Shown here: positions 28,443 to 38,668 of the stretch, one piece after another
How positions within the stretch are numbered: the first letter of the stretch is position 1
How the letters are laid out: each line of letters opens with the position of its first letter
Assembly (NCBI GenBank): GCA_963709345.1
Contig: CAVPVX010000003.1
Coordinates: forward strand, 1-64,000
Origin: an uncultured Actinomycetes bacterium
GTDB lineage: Bacteria > Actinomycetota > Thermoleophilia > UBA2241
Direction of reading: 5' to 3'
Length of the DNA: 64,000 nt
The notes under the pieces: generated by a model
Databases searched by the model: none
What the model was told of the DNA's origin: nothing
What the model saw: only the letters and a program-made list of their open reading frames with translations
Translations under genes and position numbers: made by a program

Positions 28443-29696
28443 CTAAGCCCCTATCTTACCCGCCTCGAGGTCGGCGAAGAGCCGCAGATCGTCACGCAGC
28501 AGCCGTGGCGTCAGGAACTCGCGGCGCACATGCTCCTTGCCGCGCAGCGCCATCTCGCGGTGCCGTGCCGGGTCGGCCATGATCTCGAGGCAGCGCTCGG
28601 CGCACTCCGCCGCCGTCTGGACCAGATACCCGGTCACGCCGTCCTCGATCTGCAGCGGGATACCGCCGACGGCGCCGCCGATCGTGGGACGACCCTTCCA
28701 GAGAGCCTCCGTGACGGTGAGGCCGAACCCCTCTCGGGTCGACTTCTGCATGATCACGTCGGCGTGGCTCTGGAAGGCGTTGATCTCGACCGCACCGACG
28801 TTGTCGAGGTTCGAGAGGATGAACACATCGGGGTCGCCGCCGACGTACGCGATGACGCGCTCGAGGTAGTCCCAGCCCTCGGGGTCGTCGCTGGCCATCG
28901 ACCCGATCAGGGCGAGCTGGATGTCAGGGTGACGTGCCTTCACGGTACGGTACACGTCGACCACACCCAGCGGGTCTTTCCAAGGATCGAAGCGGGAGAC
29001 CTGGAGCAATAGAGGCCGCTCCACGTCGATGCCGAACTGTCGCACGATGTACGTCGCATCCTGCTCGGACAGCTGCATGTTCTTGGGCGCGAGGGGGTCG
29101 ATCGTCGGCGCGATCTCACGCACCGGCACGGTGAGCCCCTCCGGCACGTAGTCGGCGAGCGTATAGACGGCGGCGTCGTACCGGTTGATCGACGGGAGCA
29201 GGTAGCCGTAGAGCCCCTGATCAGGAGTCGATGTATCGATGTGGCAGCGCCACACCCACCACGTCGAGCGGTCCTGGCTGAGGGTGACGAAGTCGCGGAT
29301 CGCAAGCGGCTGCGGATCGTGGATGACGACGAAGTCGAAGGGCCGGGTGAGCTCGGCGGCGTTGACCCGGCACACCTCCTCGTACAGCTCCCGCGCCTCC
29401 GGTGGGAAGTCGACGCTGTGCCCCTGAAGCCCGTTGTGGAAGCTCTTGGTGACGTTGAAGAACTCAGGCGGCGCGGTGAGGATCTGCCAATGCGCCTCGA
29501 GGCCGGCGTCGGTGACGAGCGGCACGAGCGTGTACAGGATCTCGGCGACGCCGCCGCCGAAGGCGGTGGCGTTGACGTGCAGGACCTGACGGCCGCGAAG
29601 CTTCTCCGCCAGCTCGTCGATCTCGGACATGAGCTCGCCCGGGACGATGCTCCGGTAGTCGGCCAAGGACTTGCGGCCGACGTTGACTTCGTGCAT
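28443..29696 (-). CDS. treT: Trehalose glycosyltransferring synthase TreT (GT4)
   Basis: HVNATAFGGGVAEIL, IHDPQP, WRCHID, QVSRFDPWKD, QKSTREGFGLTVTEALWK; ATG 29696 with GGAGG. Confidence 0.9.
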   Translation of the reverse strand: MHEVNVGRKSLADYRSIVPGELMSEIDELAEKLRGRQVLHVNATAFGGGVAEILYTLVPLVTDAGLEAHWQILTAPPEFFNVTKSFHNGLQGHSVDFPPEARELYEEVCRVNAAELTRPFDFVVIHDPQPLAIRDFVTLSQDRSTWWVWRCHIDTSTPDQGLYGYLLPSINRYDAAVYTLADYVPEGLTVPVREIAPTIDPLAPKNMQLSEQDATYIVRQFGIDVERPLLLQVSRFDPWKDPLGVVDVYRTVKARHPDIQLALIGSMASDDPEGWDYLERVIAYVGGDPDVFILSNLDNVGAVEINAFQSHADVIMQKSTREGFGLTVTEALWKGRPTIGGAVGGIPLQIEDGVTGYLVQTAAECAERCLEIMADPARHREMALRGKEHVRREFLTPRLLRDDLRLFADLEAGKIGA

Positions 29697-29787
29697 GTGA
29701 CCTCCGTCGTGCGCGTGCGGGTGCTGGACGCTGCCCGCCGTCCCGGCGTAGTACATCACACCGCGGCCGTTCGCTAAACTCCGGACG

Positions 29788-30531
29788 ATGACCACCGGGA
29801 CACCCCCAGCTTCGGAACCACTGACCATCGTCTCCGACGGCATCGAGCTGGCCGGGCGGCTCTTCCGGCCGGCCGGCCCTCCCCGCGGAGCCCTTCTCGT
29901 CTGTCACGGCGCCGGGAGCCGCAAGGAGAATCACGCGATCATGGGCGAGCAGGCGGCGGCGGCCGGCCTGGCCGCCCTCACCTTCGACTTCCGCGGTCAT
30001 GGCGAGAGCGGCGGCGAGCTCGGTCCGGACGGCTGGCACGACGCCGTCGCCGCCGGCCGGACGCTGCTCGACGTCAGCGACACTCCGTGGCTGGCGGCGA
30101 GGGGGGCGAGCATGGGCGGCTGCTTCCTGCTGCTCGCCGCACGCGCAGAGCCCGATCTGTTCCGCTCGCTCGTGCTCCTCTGCCCCGCGGACGGGGCGTC
30201 GCTGCTCGCCGGGCTGGACCGGCTGGAAGCCGGCGAAGGAGGGGAGCCGGGCGGCTACGGCGGCCGCTTCGCGGCCGCCGCTCTCCGCCCGTTCCTGCGC
30301 GACCTCGACCTCGTGGCCGCGGCCCGCGGCCTCCCGTGCGTGCTCCTCGCGCACGCCCGGGATGACGACCAAGTGCCGTTCGCGCACAGCCGGCGCCTGG
30401 CGGCCGTGCTGGCCGCGCCTACCGGGTTCATTGCGCTGCCGGATGGCGGCCACCACGGCCCGGGGCGTTCGCCGGAGGTAGCGCGGGCGACCCTCGGATG
30501 GGCGCTGGAGAACGGCGGCGGTGCGAAGTAG
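29788..30531 (+). CDS. Alpha/beta hydrolase
   Basis: CHGAG, FDFRGHGES, GASMGG nucleophile elbow, HARDD and DGGH. Confidence 0.88.
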   Translation: MTTGTPPASEPLTIVSDGIELAGRLFRPAGPPRGALLVCHGAGSRKENHAIMGEQAAAAGLAALTFDFRGHGESGGELGPDGWHDAVAAGRTLLDVSDTPWLAARGASMGGCFLLLAARAEPDLFRSLVLLCPADGASLLAGLDRLEAGEGGEPGGYGGRFAAAALRPFLRDLDLVAAARGLPCVLLAHARDDDQVPFAHSRRLAAVLAAPTGFIALPDGGHHGPGRSPEVARATLGWALENGGGAK

Positions 30532-30636
30532 CCGCCCGGCGACACCCCGGGCCGTGCATGGGGTCCGGTCATGCGGTGAAGCCCGGTCAGGCGGTCGCGC
30601 GGCGACGCTCGCCCCCCGCCGGACCCAGCGCCGTCG

Positions 30637-31155
30637 CTACACCGTGCGCCGTGCCGACGACGCGTCGTCGTGCCACGCCGTCAAGCCGAGTCGTCGCAAA
30701 CGCGTCTGCATGGCCTGCCGACTGACGTCGAAGCGGCCGGCGAGTCGCGCGACGTCGCGGCCCTGCTCGACCACGGCCTCACGCACGAGCGCCTCAGGCA
30801 TGAGGAGCTCGGCGGCGAACTGGTCGGCCTCCCGCTCCTGGGCCTTCCACGCGGCGTTGCCGTGGCCGCCCCGCTCCGGCCGCAGCCGCTCCGCATGCAG
30901 CACGAAGTGCCCGATCTCGTGAGCGATGGTGAATCTGCGCCGGCAGGCGTCGCTGCACCCTTGGACCACGATCACGTGTCCGTCGCCGAGGGGCTCCAGA
31001 GCGGCCTCGCAGGCGAACGGCTCCCGATCCCTGTGTACGAGCTCGAGATTGAGTGCGCTGATCACATCGCGAAGCGACACCGGCTCTCGCGAGACGCCGG
31101 CGAGAGCGAGCAGGCGCGTCGCCTGGAGGCGGATGTCTGTCGCGGAATGCTGCAC
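30637..31155 (-). CDS. ImmA/IrrE family Zn metallopeptidase
   Basis: RFTIAHEIGH (HExxH), EREADQFAAELLMP, C-terminal HTH-like LAGRFDVS. Confidence 0.88.
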   Translation of the reverse strand: MQHSATDIRLQATRLLALAGVSREPVSLRDVISALNLELVHRDREPFACEAALEPLGDGHVIVVQGCSDACRRRFTIAHEIGHFVLHAERLRPERGGHGNAAWKAQEREADQFAAELLMPEALVREAVVEQGRDVARLAGRFDVSRQAMQTRLRRLGLTAWHDDASSARRTV

Positions 31156-31285
31156 GGGGTGACCCTCCGTCGCAGTCTACCACCGGCGACGTGGCGGCAC
31201 CGTCGCCCGTGTCTGCCGGCCCGGCTTCCGGGTGTTCGGCGAGCCGCCCAGCGGGTGCTGCCTGCGGCGGCGGCCGCGACGCCGC

Positions 31286-33280
31286 TCAGGCGCCGAAGAG
31301 CGGCAGCACCCTCGCCACGATGCCGCCGACGAACAGCGCGATCGCTATCGTGCCGGCGCAGATCACCGCAGTGCGCTTCCACCCCAGCTCACGGGCAAGG
31401 ACGGCGATCGTCGCGATGCACGGCACGTAGATCGCGTTGACGAGAGCGTAGGTCACGATCTGCGACGTGCTCATGAACGAGGAGATGCTGGCGACGGCGC
31501 CTCCAGCCTGGACGGCCGCGAACACCAGCAGCAACTGCAGCGCAAGCTCCTTGCGCAGGATGGCGAAAAGGAGGGTAAGCCCGGCGACCATCGGGAGCAG
31601 CAGCCACCCCTCGACGAGCGGCTCGAGAACGCTCCCGACCCTCCATACCCAGCCGGTCTCGTAGAGCAGACCGAGCGCCATGCTGCCGAGGACGATGATC
31701 GGCGCCGCGTCCCAGACGAACTCTCGGAAGCGCCGCCAGGTCTTGTGCGCCACCTGGCGCAGCACCGGGCGGCGGAACGGGAACATCTCCATCACAAGGA
31801 CGCCCTTGTCGCCCGGCATCAGCCGGTTGAGCCCCAGGCCCGCGAGGATGATGACCACGATGATCACCGCGTAGGTGAACAGCGCGTACTGCCAGCCGGC
31901 CACGCCGGCCACGGCCCCGATTATCACTGCGGTGCGCGCGCTGCACGGCGTGAGGGTCGCGAGCACGGCTGCGATGGTCCGCTGACGCATGTTGCCCAGC
32001 GAGCGCGTGGCGATGATCGCCGGGACGTTGCAGCCGGCGGCGGCGATCAGCGGGATGATCGCGCGGCCGTGCAGCCCGACGCGGTGCATGATCCGGTCGC
32101 TGAGAAAGGCGGCGGCGTTCATGTAGCCGGTGTCCTCGACGAACGCGAGGATGAAGTAGAAGGTCAGGATGTACGGGATGCCGACGGCGAGCGTCGCAAG
32201 GATGCCTCCGTCGACCCCCCAGAGCACGACTCTGCCGACGGTGCCGTCGCCGAATATCGCCTCGACGACGCCGACGACGGCCGGGGAGATCCAGGCAGTC
32301 CAGGCGGCGGTGAGCAGCCGTGCGAGCACGTCGCCGACCAAGAAGAGCGTGGCGAAGACGGCGGTGATCACGCCGAGCAGGATGGGGATCCCGGTGCGCG
32401 GCACGGTGGTGAGGCGCCACCAGCGATCGGCGCTGCCGGGCGCGTCCTGAGCCACCGCCGCCAGCGCTCGCGCCTCGGCGTGCCGCGCCTTGGCGATCTC
32501 CAGCGCCAGCCCCTCGTCGGCGTCGGTCAGACCGCCGCGCGCGTCGAGTTCGAGCTGTGCGACGATGTCGGCGTCGCCCTCGAGGGCAGCGAACGCGGCC
32601 GCACGCGTCCCGAGCCCGCCGGGCGGCCTGAGGCTGTCCTCGGGCCGCATCTCGATGTGGAGAGCGAGCTCCCCGACGCGCTGCTCCACATCGGGCGGGA
32701 GTGGCGTGCCCGCGGTCTCGCCGAGCCCGCCGCCCGCCGAAACGGCCAGGATGGCCGCCTCGAGGTCGTCGAGCCCGGTCCCGCGCGGCGCAACCGTGGG
32801 GACTACGGGCACGCCGAGGTCGCGAGCGAGCGCCTCTGCGTCGGGCATGCGCCCCCGGCGCCGCGCCTCGTCGGAGAGATTGAGCGCCACGACCACGCGA
32901 TAGCCGAGATCGAGGAGTTGGAGCGGTAGGTACAGGCTGCGCGCCAGGTTGGTCGCGTCGACCACGGCGACGATGACGTCCGGGCGCTGATCCAGGAGCG
33001 CCGTCCGGGCCGCGTGCTGGTCTTCGCCGGGCCCGACCATCGCGTAACTCCCCGGCAGGTCGACGACCTCGATGCGTCTGCCCCCCCAGCGCGTGCAGGC
33101 CGTGCACGCCTCCACGGTCACGCCGGCGCAATGCGCGGTCTCCTGTCCCGAGCCGGTGAGCGAATTGAACAGCGACGACTTGCCGACGTTCGGATTGCCG
33201 GCGAGACAGACGACCAGAGGCTCACCGGCGGGACGCGCCGGCGCCGGGTCGCCCCGGTCCTGTCGAAGCGCCGTCGCCAT
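31286..33280 (-). CDS. feoB: Ferrous iron transport protein B
   Basis: GNPNVGKSS, DLPG, DATNL GTPase motifs plus gate/TM region GCNVPA, PCSAR, RKEL, YVPCIAT; ATG 33280. Confidence 0.93.
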   Translation of the reverse strand: MATALRQDRGDPAPARPAGEPLVVCLAGNPNVGKSSLFNSLTGSGQETAHCAGVTVEACTACTRWGGRRIEVVDLPGSYAMVGPGEDQHAARTALLDQRPDVIVAVVDATNLARSLYLPLQLLDLGYRVVVALNLSDEARRRGRMPDAEALARDLGVPVVPTVAPRGTGLDDLEAAILAVSAGGGLGETAGTPLPPDVEQRVGELALHIEMRPEDSLRPPGGLGTRAAAFAALEGDADIVAQLELDARGGLTDADEGLALEIAKARHAEARALAAVAQDAPGSADRWWRLTTVPRTGIPILLGVITAVFATLFLVGDVLARLLTAAWTAWISPAVVGVVEAIFGDGTVGRVVLWGVDGGILATLAVGIPYILTFYFILAFVEDTGYMNAAAFLSDRIMHRVGLHGRAIIPLIAAAGCNVPAIIATRSLGNMRQRTIAAVLATLTPCSARTAVIIGAVAGVAGWQYALFTYAVIIVVIILAGLGLNRLMPGDKGVLVMEMFPFRRPVLRQVAHKTWRRFREFVWDAAPIIVLGSMALGLLYETGWVWRVGSVLEPLVEGWLLLPMVAGLTLLFAILRKELALQLLLVFAAVQAGGAVASISSFMSTSQIVTYALVNAIYVPCIATIAVLARELGWKRTAVICAGTIAIALFVGGIVARVLPLFGA

Positions 33281-33284
33281 CGGC

Positions 33285-33944
33285 TCAGCCGCGCACGAGG
33301 ATCTTGTCGGTGACCTCACGGCCGAGGGCGTACTGCGACCCGCCCACACGGACCAGGAGGGGGCCGTTGAACGGCGCCACACTCTCGACCATGACGGGCG
33401 TGTCGGGCAGCAGGCCGAGCGAAGCGAGATAGCGCAGCAGTTCGCGACTCTCCTCGGCGATGCAGCCGATGACGGTCTCCTGGCCGGGGGCGACCCCGGA
33501 CAGCGGACGCAGATCCTCTTCGACGAGCGATCCGTCTTCGGCGGGGATGACGTGCCCGTGCGGGCAGGTGCGCGGGTTCCCGAGGTACTCGGCCAGCCGG
33601 GCCTCCACCTCCGGGCTGAGAACGTGCTCGAGCTTGCACGCCTCGTCGTGTACCTCGTCCCACGGCATGTCGAGGTAGTCGACGAGGAAGCGCTCGCTGA
33701 GGCGATGCCGGCGCACGAGAGTCGCACCCTCGACATCGCCTTGCGCCGTCAGGAAGATGCCGCGTCCCTCGCTCGGCTCCCGGACCAGACCGGCCGCCCG
33801 CAGCCGGCCGATCATCTCGGAGACCGAGGAAGGCGCCACGCCAAGCTCATCGGCAACTCGTTTGACCGTGACGGGCTCGGGACCGCGCTGCAGCTTGAAA
33901 AGCGCCTCGAGGTACTCCTCGGCGCTCTGCGTTCGTGTGCTCAC
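33285..33944 (-). CDS. DtxR/IdeR/MntR family metal-dependent repressor with C-terminal FeoA domain
   Basis: EEYLEAL, RRHRLSERFL, HDEACKLEH, CPHGHVIP, FeoA-like LASLGLLP. Confidence 0.92.
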   Translation of the reverse strand: MSTRTQSAEEYLEALFKLQRGPEPVTVKRVADELGVAPSSVSEMIGRLRAAGLVREPSEGRGIFLTAQGDVEGATLVRRHRLSERFLVDYLDMPWDEVHDEACKLEHVLSPEVEARLAEYLGNPRTCPHGHVIPAEDGSLVEEDLRPLSGVAPGQETVIGCIAEESRELLRYLASLGLLPDTPVMVESVAPFNGPLLVRVGGSQYALGREVTDKILVRG

Positions 33945-34010
33945 GACACATCTCCCTTCGACGGATGCACCTGCCGCGTGGGGCCGCGAAGACGCACCCA
34001 TCACACAGCA

Positions 34011-34024
34011 TTAGGATACCCTAA
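34011..34024. promoter_or_regulatory. DtxR/SirR-type operator
   Basis: Palindrome TTAGGATACCCTAA about 65 bp upstream of the DtxR-family gene, close to the TTAGGTTAACCTAA Sir-box consensus. Confidence 0.75.
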
Positions 34025-34117
34025 GGCTTCGTGAGAGGGAATCCTGACGTTAGTCAAGGGGATTGCCACACGCAATGAGGTAGGGACGCCTGGCTCGTGC
34101 CCGGACGGAGGCGGATC

Positions 34118-34193
34118 TGGAGCGGATGACGGGACTCGAACCCGCGATCTTCAGCTTGGGAAGCTGACGTGTTACCAGCTACACTACATCCGC
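34118..34193 (-). tRNA. tRNA-Gly (CCC)
   Basis: 76-nt cloverleaf: GCGGATG/CATCCGC acceptor stem, TCAGC-TTCCCAA-GCTGA anticodon arm, GGTTCGAGTCC T-loop, encoded CCA. Confidence 0.97.
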
Positions 34194-34255
34194 TCGCGCG
34201 CCTAGTTCACCACAGCGCGAGCAGCCCCGCAACTGCCGGCAGGGTGGCGGCGCCG

Positions 34256-35071
34256 TCAGGCATCGCCCTCCGAGAGCCGCAGGCAGGCGAGGAAGCCGCG
34301 ATAGACCTCCGCGAACGAAGTCCCGCCGATCTCGAGCGTGCGCCCGTCGAGCCGAATCGCGCCGGGACACGTCTCCGCGAGGTCGCAGAACGTCACGCGG
34401 GTGAAGGTGAGGCGGAGGGGCTCGCCGGACCAGACGAGCGGCGCCGGCGGAGGCGCCGGCGGCAGCGCCGCGGCGACGTCGGCGCGTATCATGGCGCGCG
34501 CGTCGTCGGGCGGGCAAAGGGCCGCCGCCTCTCGCCGCACCCCCGTCTTCACCACCGTGGTCGTGATGCCCGGGACCAGGGCCTCCGCCTCGGAGGCGGC
34601 CTTGTCGTCGCCGGAGAGGTACACGGCGGGCACGCCGCACTCGCCGGCCAGCAGGGCGGCGATCCCGAACTCCCCGACCTCGAGGTCACCGACGCGGGCC
34701 GAAAAGACCTTGTAGTTCCAGGTGTGCTCGAGCACGGCGGCGGCGGTACCGGCGCGCGCGTGGTAGCCAACGAACAGGGCGGCCGCGCAGTCCGGCCCGA
34801 GACCCTCGAGCATGCTCAGCGGCGACGGCGACCCGCCGTTCAGCGTGACGAAGGAAGGAAGGCCGGCGGCGTCGATGTTGCGCCCGTCGTCGTGCGCGTC
34901 GCAGACGACGACCTCGGCGGCGCCGGCCGCGGCGCAACCCTCGAGCACCGCGTCGAGATCGGCGCGCATGTGGACCCGGGCGCGCTGCGCCGCCGGGCCC
35001 TGCCGGTCGGTGTCGGCCTCGGTGACCACACCCGAGATGCCCTCCAGGTCGATGGCGACGAACAGCTTCAC
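34256..35071 (-). CDS. D-aminopeptidase DppA (peptidase M55)
   Basis: IDLEGISGV, DAH, VGYHARAG, LEHT, GEFG, SGDD. Confidence 0.9.
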   Translation of the reverse strand: MKLFVAIDLEGISGVVTEADTDRQGPAAQRARVHMRADLDAVLEGCAAAGAAEVVVCDAHDDGRNIDAAGLPSFVTLNGGSPSPLSMLEGLGPDCAAALFVGYHARAGTAAAVLEHTWNYKVFSARVGDLEVGEFGIAALLAGECGVPAVYLSGDDKAASEAEALVPGITTTVVKTGVRREAAALCPPDDARAMIRADVAAALPPAPPPAPLVWSGEPLRLTFTRVTFCDLAETCPGAIRLDGRTLEIGGTSFAEVYRGFLACLRLSEGDA

Positions 35072-35099
35072 GTGATCCCCCTCGGAGCGGACGCCGGCG

Positions 35100-36162
35100 T
35101 CACGGCAAGAGGGCGTCGGGCCGCCACTCGGCGCCCAGCCGCCGCGTCAGCGCCACGACGAGACGGACCGTGGACTCGAGGTCGTCGACGCTCGCCACCT
35201 CGAAGGGAGAGTGCATGTAGCGCATCGGCAGGCCGACGGTCAGGGTGGCTCCGCTCCCGGCGGCCATCAGCTCGTCGGCGTCGGTCTGCGTGTCGGCCGG
35301 ACAGGCCTTGACCTGCACGGGGATGCCTTCGGCGCCGGCCACGTCGCGTGCGAGCGCCAGCAGGGGCTCGTTGCTCCCGGCGCCACGCTCGAGCACGGGG
35401 CCGGCGCCCAGCTTGACCTCACCGCCGAGTTTCTTGGCGTCGGCCGCCGGCGTGTCGCTGCAGAAGTCACCGTCGAGCACGACTGTGACATCCGCCGCAA
35501 GCCGCCGCGCCATGGCCTTGGCTCCCATGAAGGTCGTTTCCTCGTGCACCGTCGCGACGCCGGTGAGGCGCGCCGCGCCGGGCGCGGCGGCGTACTGCTC
35601 GAGGGCGCGCAGCAGGCAGTACAGACCGGCGCGATCGTCGAGCGCCTGAGTGGCCACCACGCCGGGCGCGAGCTCGACGAAGTCCGGCGTGAAGGTCACC
35701 GGGTCGCCGATCGCGACGCGCCGAAACGCGGCGGCACGATCGGCGGCGCCGATGTCGAGGAACTGCTCGTCCAGCGGCGGCGCTTTGTCGCGCTCGTCCT
35801 CGGGGATGATGTGTGTCGGCTTGCGGCCGCCCACGGCGTGCACCGGGCCGGCGGAGCCGTGGATCACGAAGTGTCGCCCCGGAACGAGCAGCGGCGCCAC
35901 GCCGCCGATGCGGTCGACGAAGACGAAGCCGTGCTCGTCTACGAAGGTGACGATGAGGCCGATCTGGTCGGCGTGCGCAACGACGGCGACCTCCGGGCCG
36001 CTGTCGGCGCCGACCGTCAGCCACACGTTACCCAGCGGGTCCCCGCCCACGACGCCGAGAGGCGCCAAGTCGGCGGCGGACGATCTCCTGGACGGGCGCT
36101 TCGAAGCCCGTCGGCCCCGGGGCAAGACAAAGGTCACGCAACAGTCGCAGATCGGCGCTCAA
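35100..36162 (-). CDS. M42 family metallopeptidase; one frameshift near 36065
   Basis: N-terminus LRDLCLAPGPTGFE in one frame continues as DPLGNV, AHADQIG, ALDDRAG, VHEET, RYMHSPFE in another. Confidence 0.85.
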
Positions 36163-36305
36163 CGGTCGGCCTCCTCCACCTCGGGCGGCCCATTCTACTC
36201 CACGCGTAGTGGCGTGAGTTTGCGATGAAGGGGAATACGTAGCATGACATACGTACTGCGCACCTCTCTGGGTGCGGCCCACACCACACGACGGAGGGAG
36301 TCGTG

Positions 36306-36727
36306 ATGGACCAGTCAAGACCTAAGTGGCTGCGCAGCACCAAGGGCGCGCCCTTCACCGGCATCGGTTCACTCGAGGCGGACATTCTGTCTGTCGTCTG
36401 GGAGAAGGACCGGACCACCGTGCGCGCGGTCTACGAGACGCTGCGAGAGCGGCGCCAGATCGCCTACACGACGGTGATGACGGTGATGAACAATCTCGTC
36501 AAGAAGCACCTGCTCGCCCAGGACAAGAGCAACATCGCCTACGTCTACACGCCCGCCATCCCGGGCCGCGAGGTCGCGCAAGACGGTGCTCGACAGCGTC
36601 GTCCACAAGCTCATCGGCGGCCGGCCGGAAGTCGCGGTCTCCATGCTGCTCGAGCTGGACGAGGATCTGACCCGCCGAGCAATTCGAGGAACTCCGCGAC
36701 CGGGCACGCCGCGAGCACGGCGGCTGA
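36306..36727 (+). CDS. BlaI/MecI/CopY family repressor; two apparent frameshifts (about 36580 and 36670)
   Basis: GSLEADILSVVW, TVRAVYE, AYTTVMTVMNNLVKK, YVYTP; C-terminal helix recoverable across frames. Confidence 0.8.
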
Positions 36728-36783
36728 CGGGCGGCGCGCAGGGCCGGCGAGCGCAGCCGAAGGCCCGGCGCCGGCCTGACTGA

Positions 36784-38530
36784 CTACATCGACTCCGGCG
36801 CCTGAACGCCGAGCAGACCCAGGCCCGTCGCCAGCGTGGTGCGCGTCGCCGCGCAGACGGCGGCCCGGAACGCCGTCACGTCATCGTCGTCGCTGAGGAC
36901 GCGGCAGTTGCGGTAGAAGACGTGGAACTCCGCGGCGAGCTCGCCGAGGTAGTTGTGGATGCGGTGCGGGGCGCGCTGGTCGGCGGCGTCCAGGACGATC
37001 TCGGGGAAGCGCGCCAGGGTGCGCAGGAGCGAGCGCTCGTGCGCGTCCACGGACACCGCCGGCACCGCCGCACCGGCCGGCGTCGTCCCGGCGCGCCTTG
37101 AGGTTGCGGAGGATGCTGCAGATGCGCGCGTGCGCGTACTGGACGTAGTACACAGGGTTCTGGTTGCTCTGCTGCACGGCCAGGTCGAGGTCGAGCTCGA
37201 GTGTCGTGTCCTGCGACCGCCCCACCAGCAGGAAGCGCGCCGCGTCGACGCCGATCGCCTCCACGAGGTCGTCGACGGTCACGATGTCGCCCTTGCGCTT
37301 GCTCATCCGCTTGGCCTCGCCGCTCTCCCTCAGATTGACCAGTTGCCCGATGATGAGCTCCAGCCGGTCGGGGTCGTGGGGCGGCAGCGCGGTGAACGCG
37401 GCCTTCATCCGCGGCACGTAGCCGTGGTGATCGGCGCCCCAGATGTCGATCATGTGCTCGAACCCGCGATCCATCTTGTCGCGGTGATAGGCGATGTCGC
37501 TGAGGAAGTAGGTGGGGTCGCCGCTGCTCCGGATCAGCACGCGGTCCTTGTCGTCGCCGTAGCGCGTGGTGGTCAGCCACACGGCGCCGCCCTCCTCGTT
37601 GAGGAGACTCTCGCCGTCGAGGTCGGCCAGGGACTTGCCCACCTCCCCGCCGAAGCCCCGGTGCTCTCCGTCGCCGGCGTAGAGCGTGCTCTCCGTCGTC
37701 CAGACGTCGAAGGGCACGCGCAGACGCTCCAGGGTGATGCGGAACTGCGCGAGGATCGCGTCGCGGCCCCACAGCTTGATCTCGGTGACGATGTCGTCCG
37801 GCAGCGCCGCGACGTCCGGCGCGACCGCCTCGAGCGCTCCGCGGTACCGCTCGCCGACCGCGGCGATGAGCTCGTCGGCCAACTCGAGCAGGTAGTCGCC
37901 TTGATACCCCTCTTCCGGGATCGGCGTTTCCAGCCCGAACCGCTGCCCGTAGCGGGCGGCGAGCGACTGGCCGAAGCGCAGCATCTGCGTGCCGTAGTCG
38001 TTCACGTAGAACTCGCGCGTGACGTCGTGACCGGCGTAGGAGAAGACGCGGCAGAGCGCGTCGCCGAACGAGGCGTAGCGTGCGTGCCCGACGTGCAGCG
38101 GCCCGGTGGGGTTGACGCTCACGAACTCGACGTTCACCTTCTGGCGCCGCGCGACCGGGAGGCAGCCGCGGCCGTAGTCTTCGCCGTCGGCGAGCAGCCG
38201 CTGCAGCGCGCCGCGATACCACGCGTCGGCCAGAAACAGGTTGAGGAATCCGGGACCCGCCACCTCGATGCGCTCGCAGACGCCGACGCCGGGGCCGGTC
38301 AGCCAGCGCTCGCCCAGCTCTCCGGCGAGGTCGCGCGGCGCGCGCCCGGCGCGCTTGGCGCCAACGAGAGCTACGTTCGTGGTCAGGTCGCCGTGCTCGG
38401 GCCGCGCCGGCAGGGTGAGCTCCACGACCGGCGCGTCGCCGGGCTCGATGCTCGCGTCGCCCAGCAGCTCGTCGAGGACGGCCTGCAGCGAAGCCGCAAG
38501 GCCTTTGAGGTCAAAGAGGTCGTCGTTCAT
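36784..38530 (-). CDS. argS: Arginine--tRNA ligase; frameshift near 37075
   Basis: EFVSVNPTGPLHVGHAR, WGADHHGY, MSKRKG, NPVYYVQYAHARICSI; C-terminal ...LLGVQAPESM in another frame. Confidence 0.95.
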
Positions 38531-38668
38531 GATGCACCGCCGGGTCGCCGGCGCCGGCCGGCGGCCGGCGCACCCGTGGATTCTAGCGTTCCGGGGACCG
38601 TTGTGCGCCGCGCTCCGGCGACCTCCGTCACGCGCGAGCGGCGGCTGCTCCGCCGGGCACCCGGCCGC

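Noticed and set aside
34118-34193. tRNA-Gly as an integration site for a mobile island
   Set aside because: No integrase and no duplicated tRNA 3' end seen in the window
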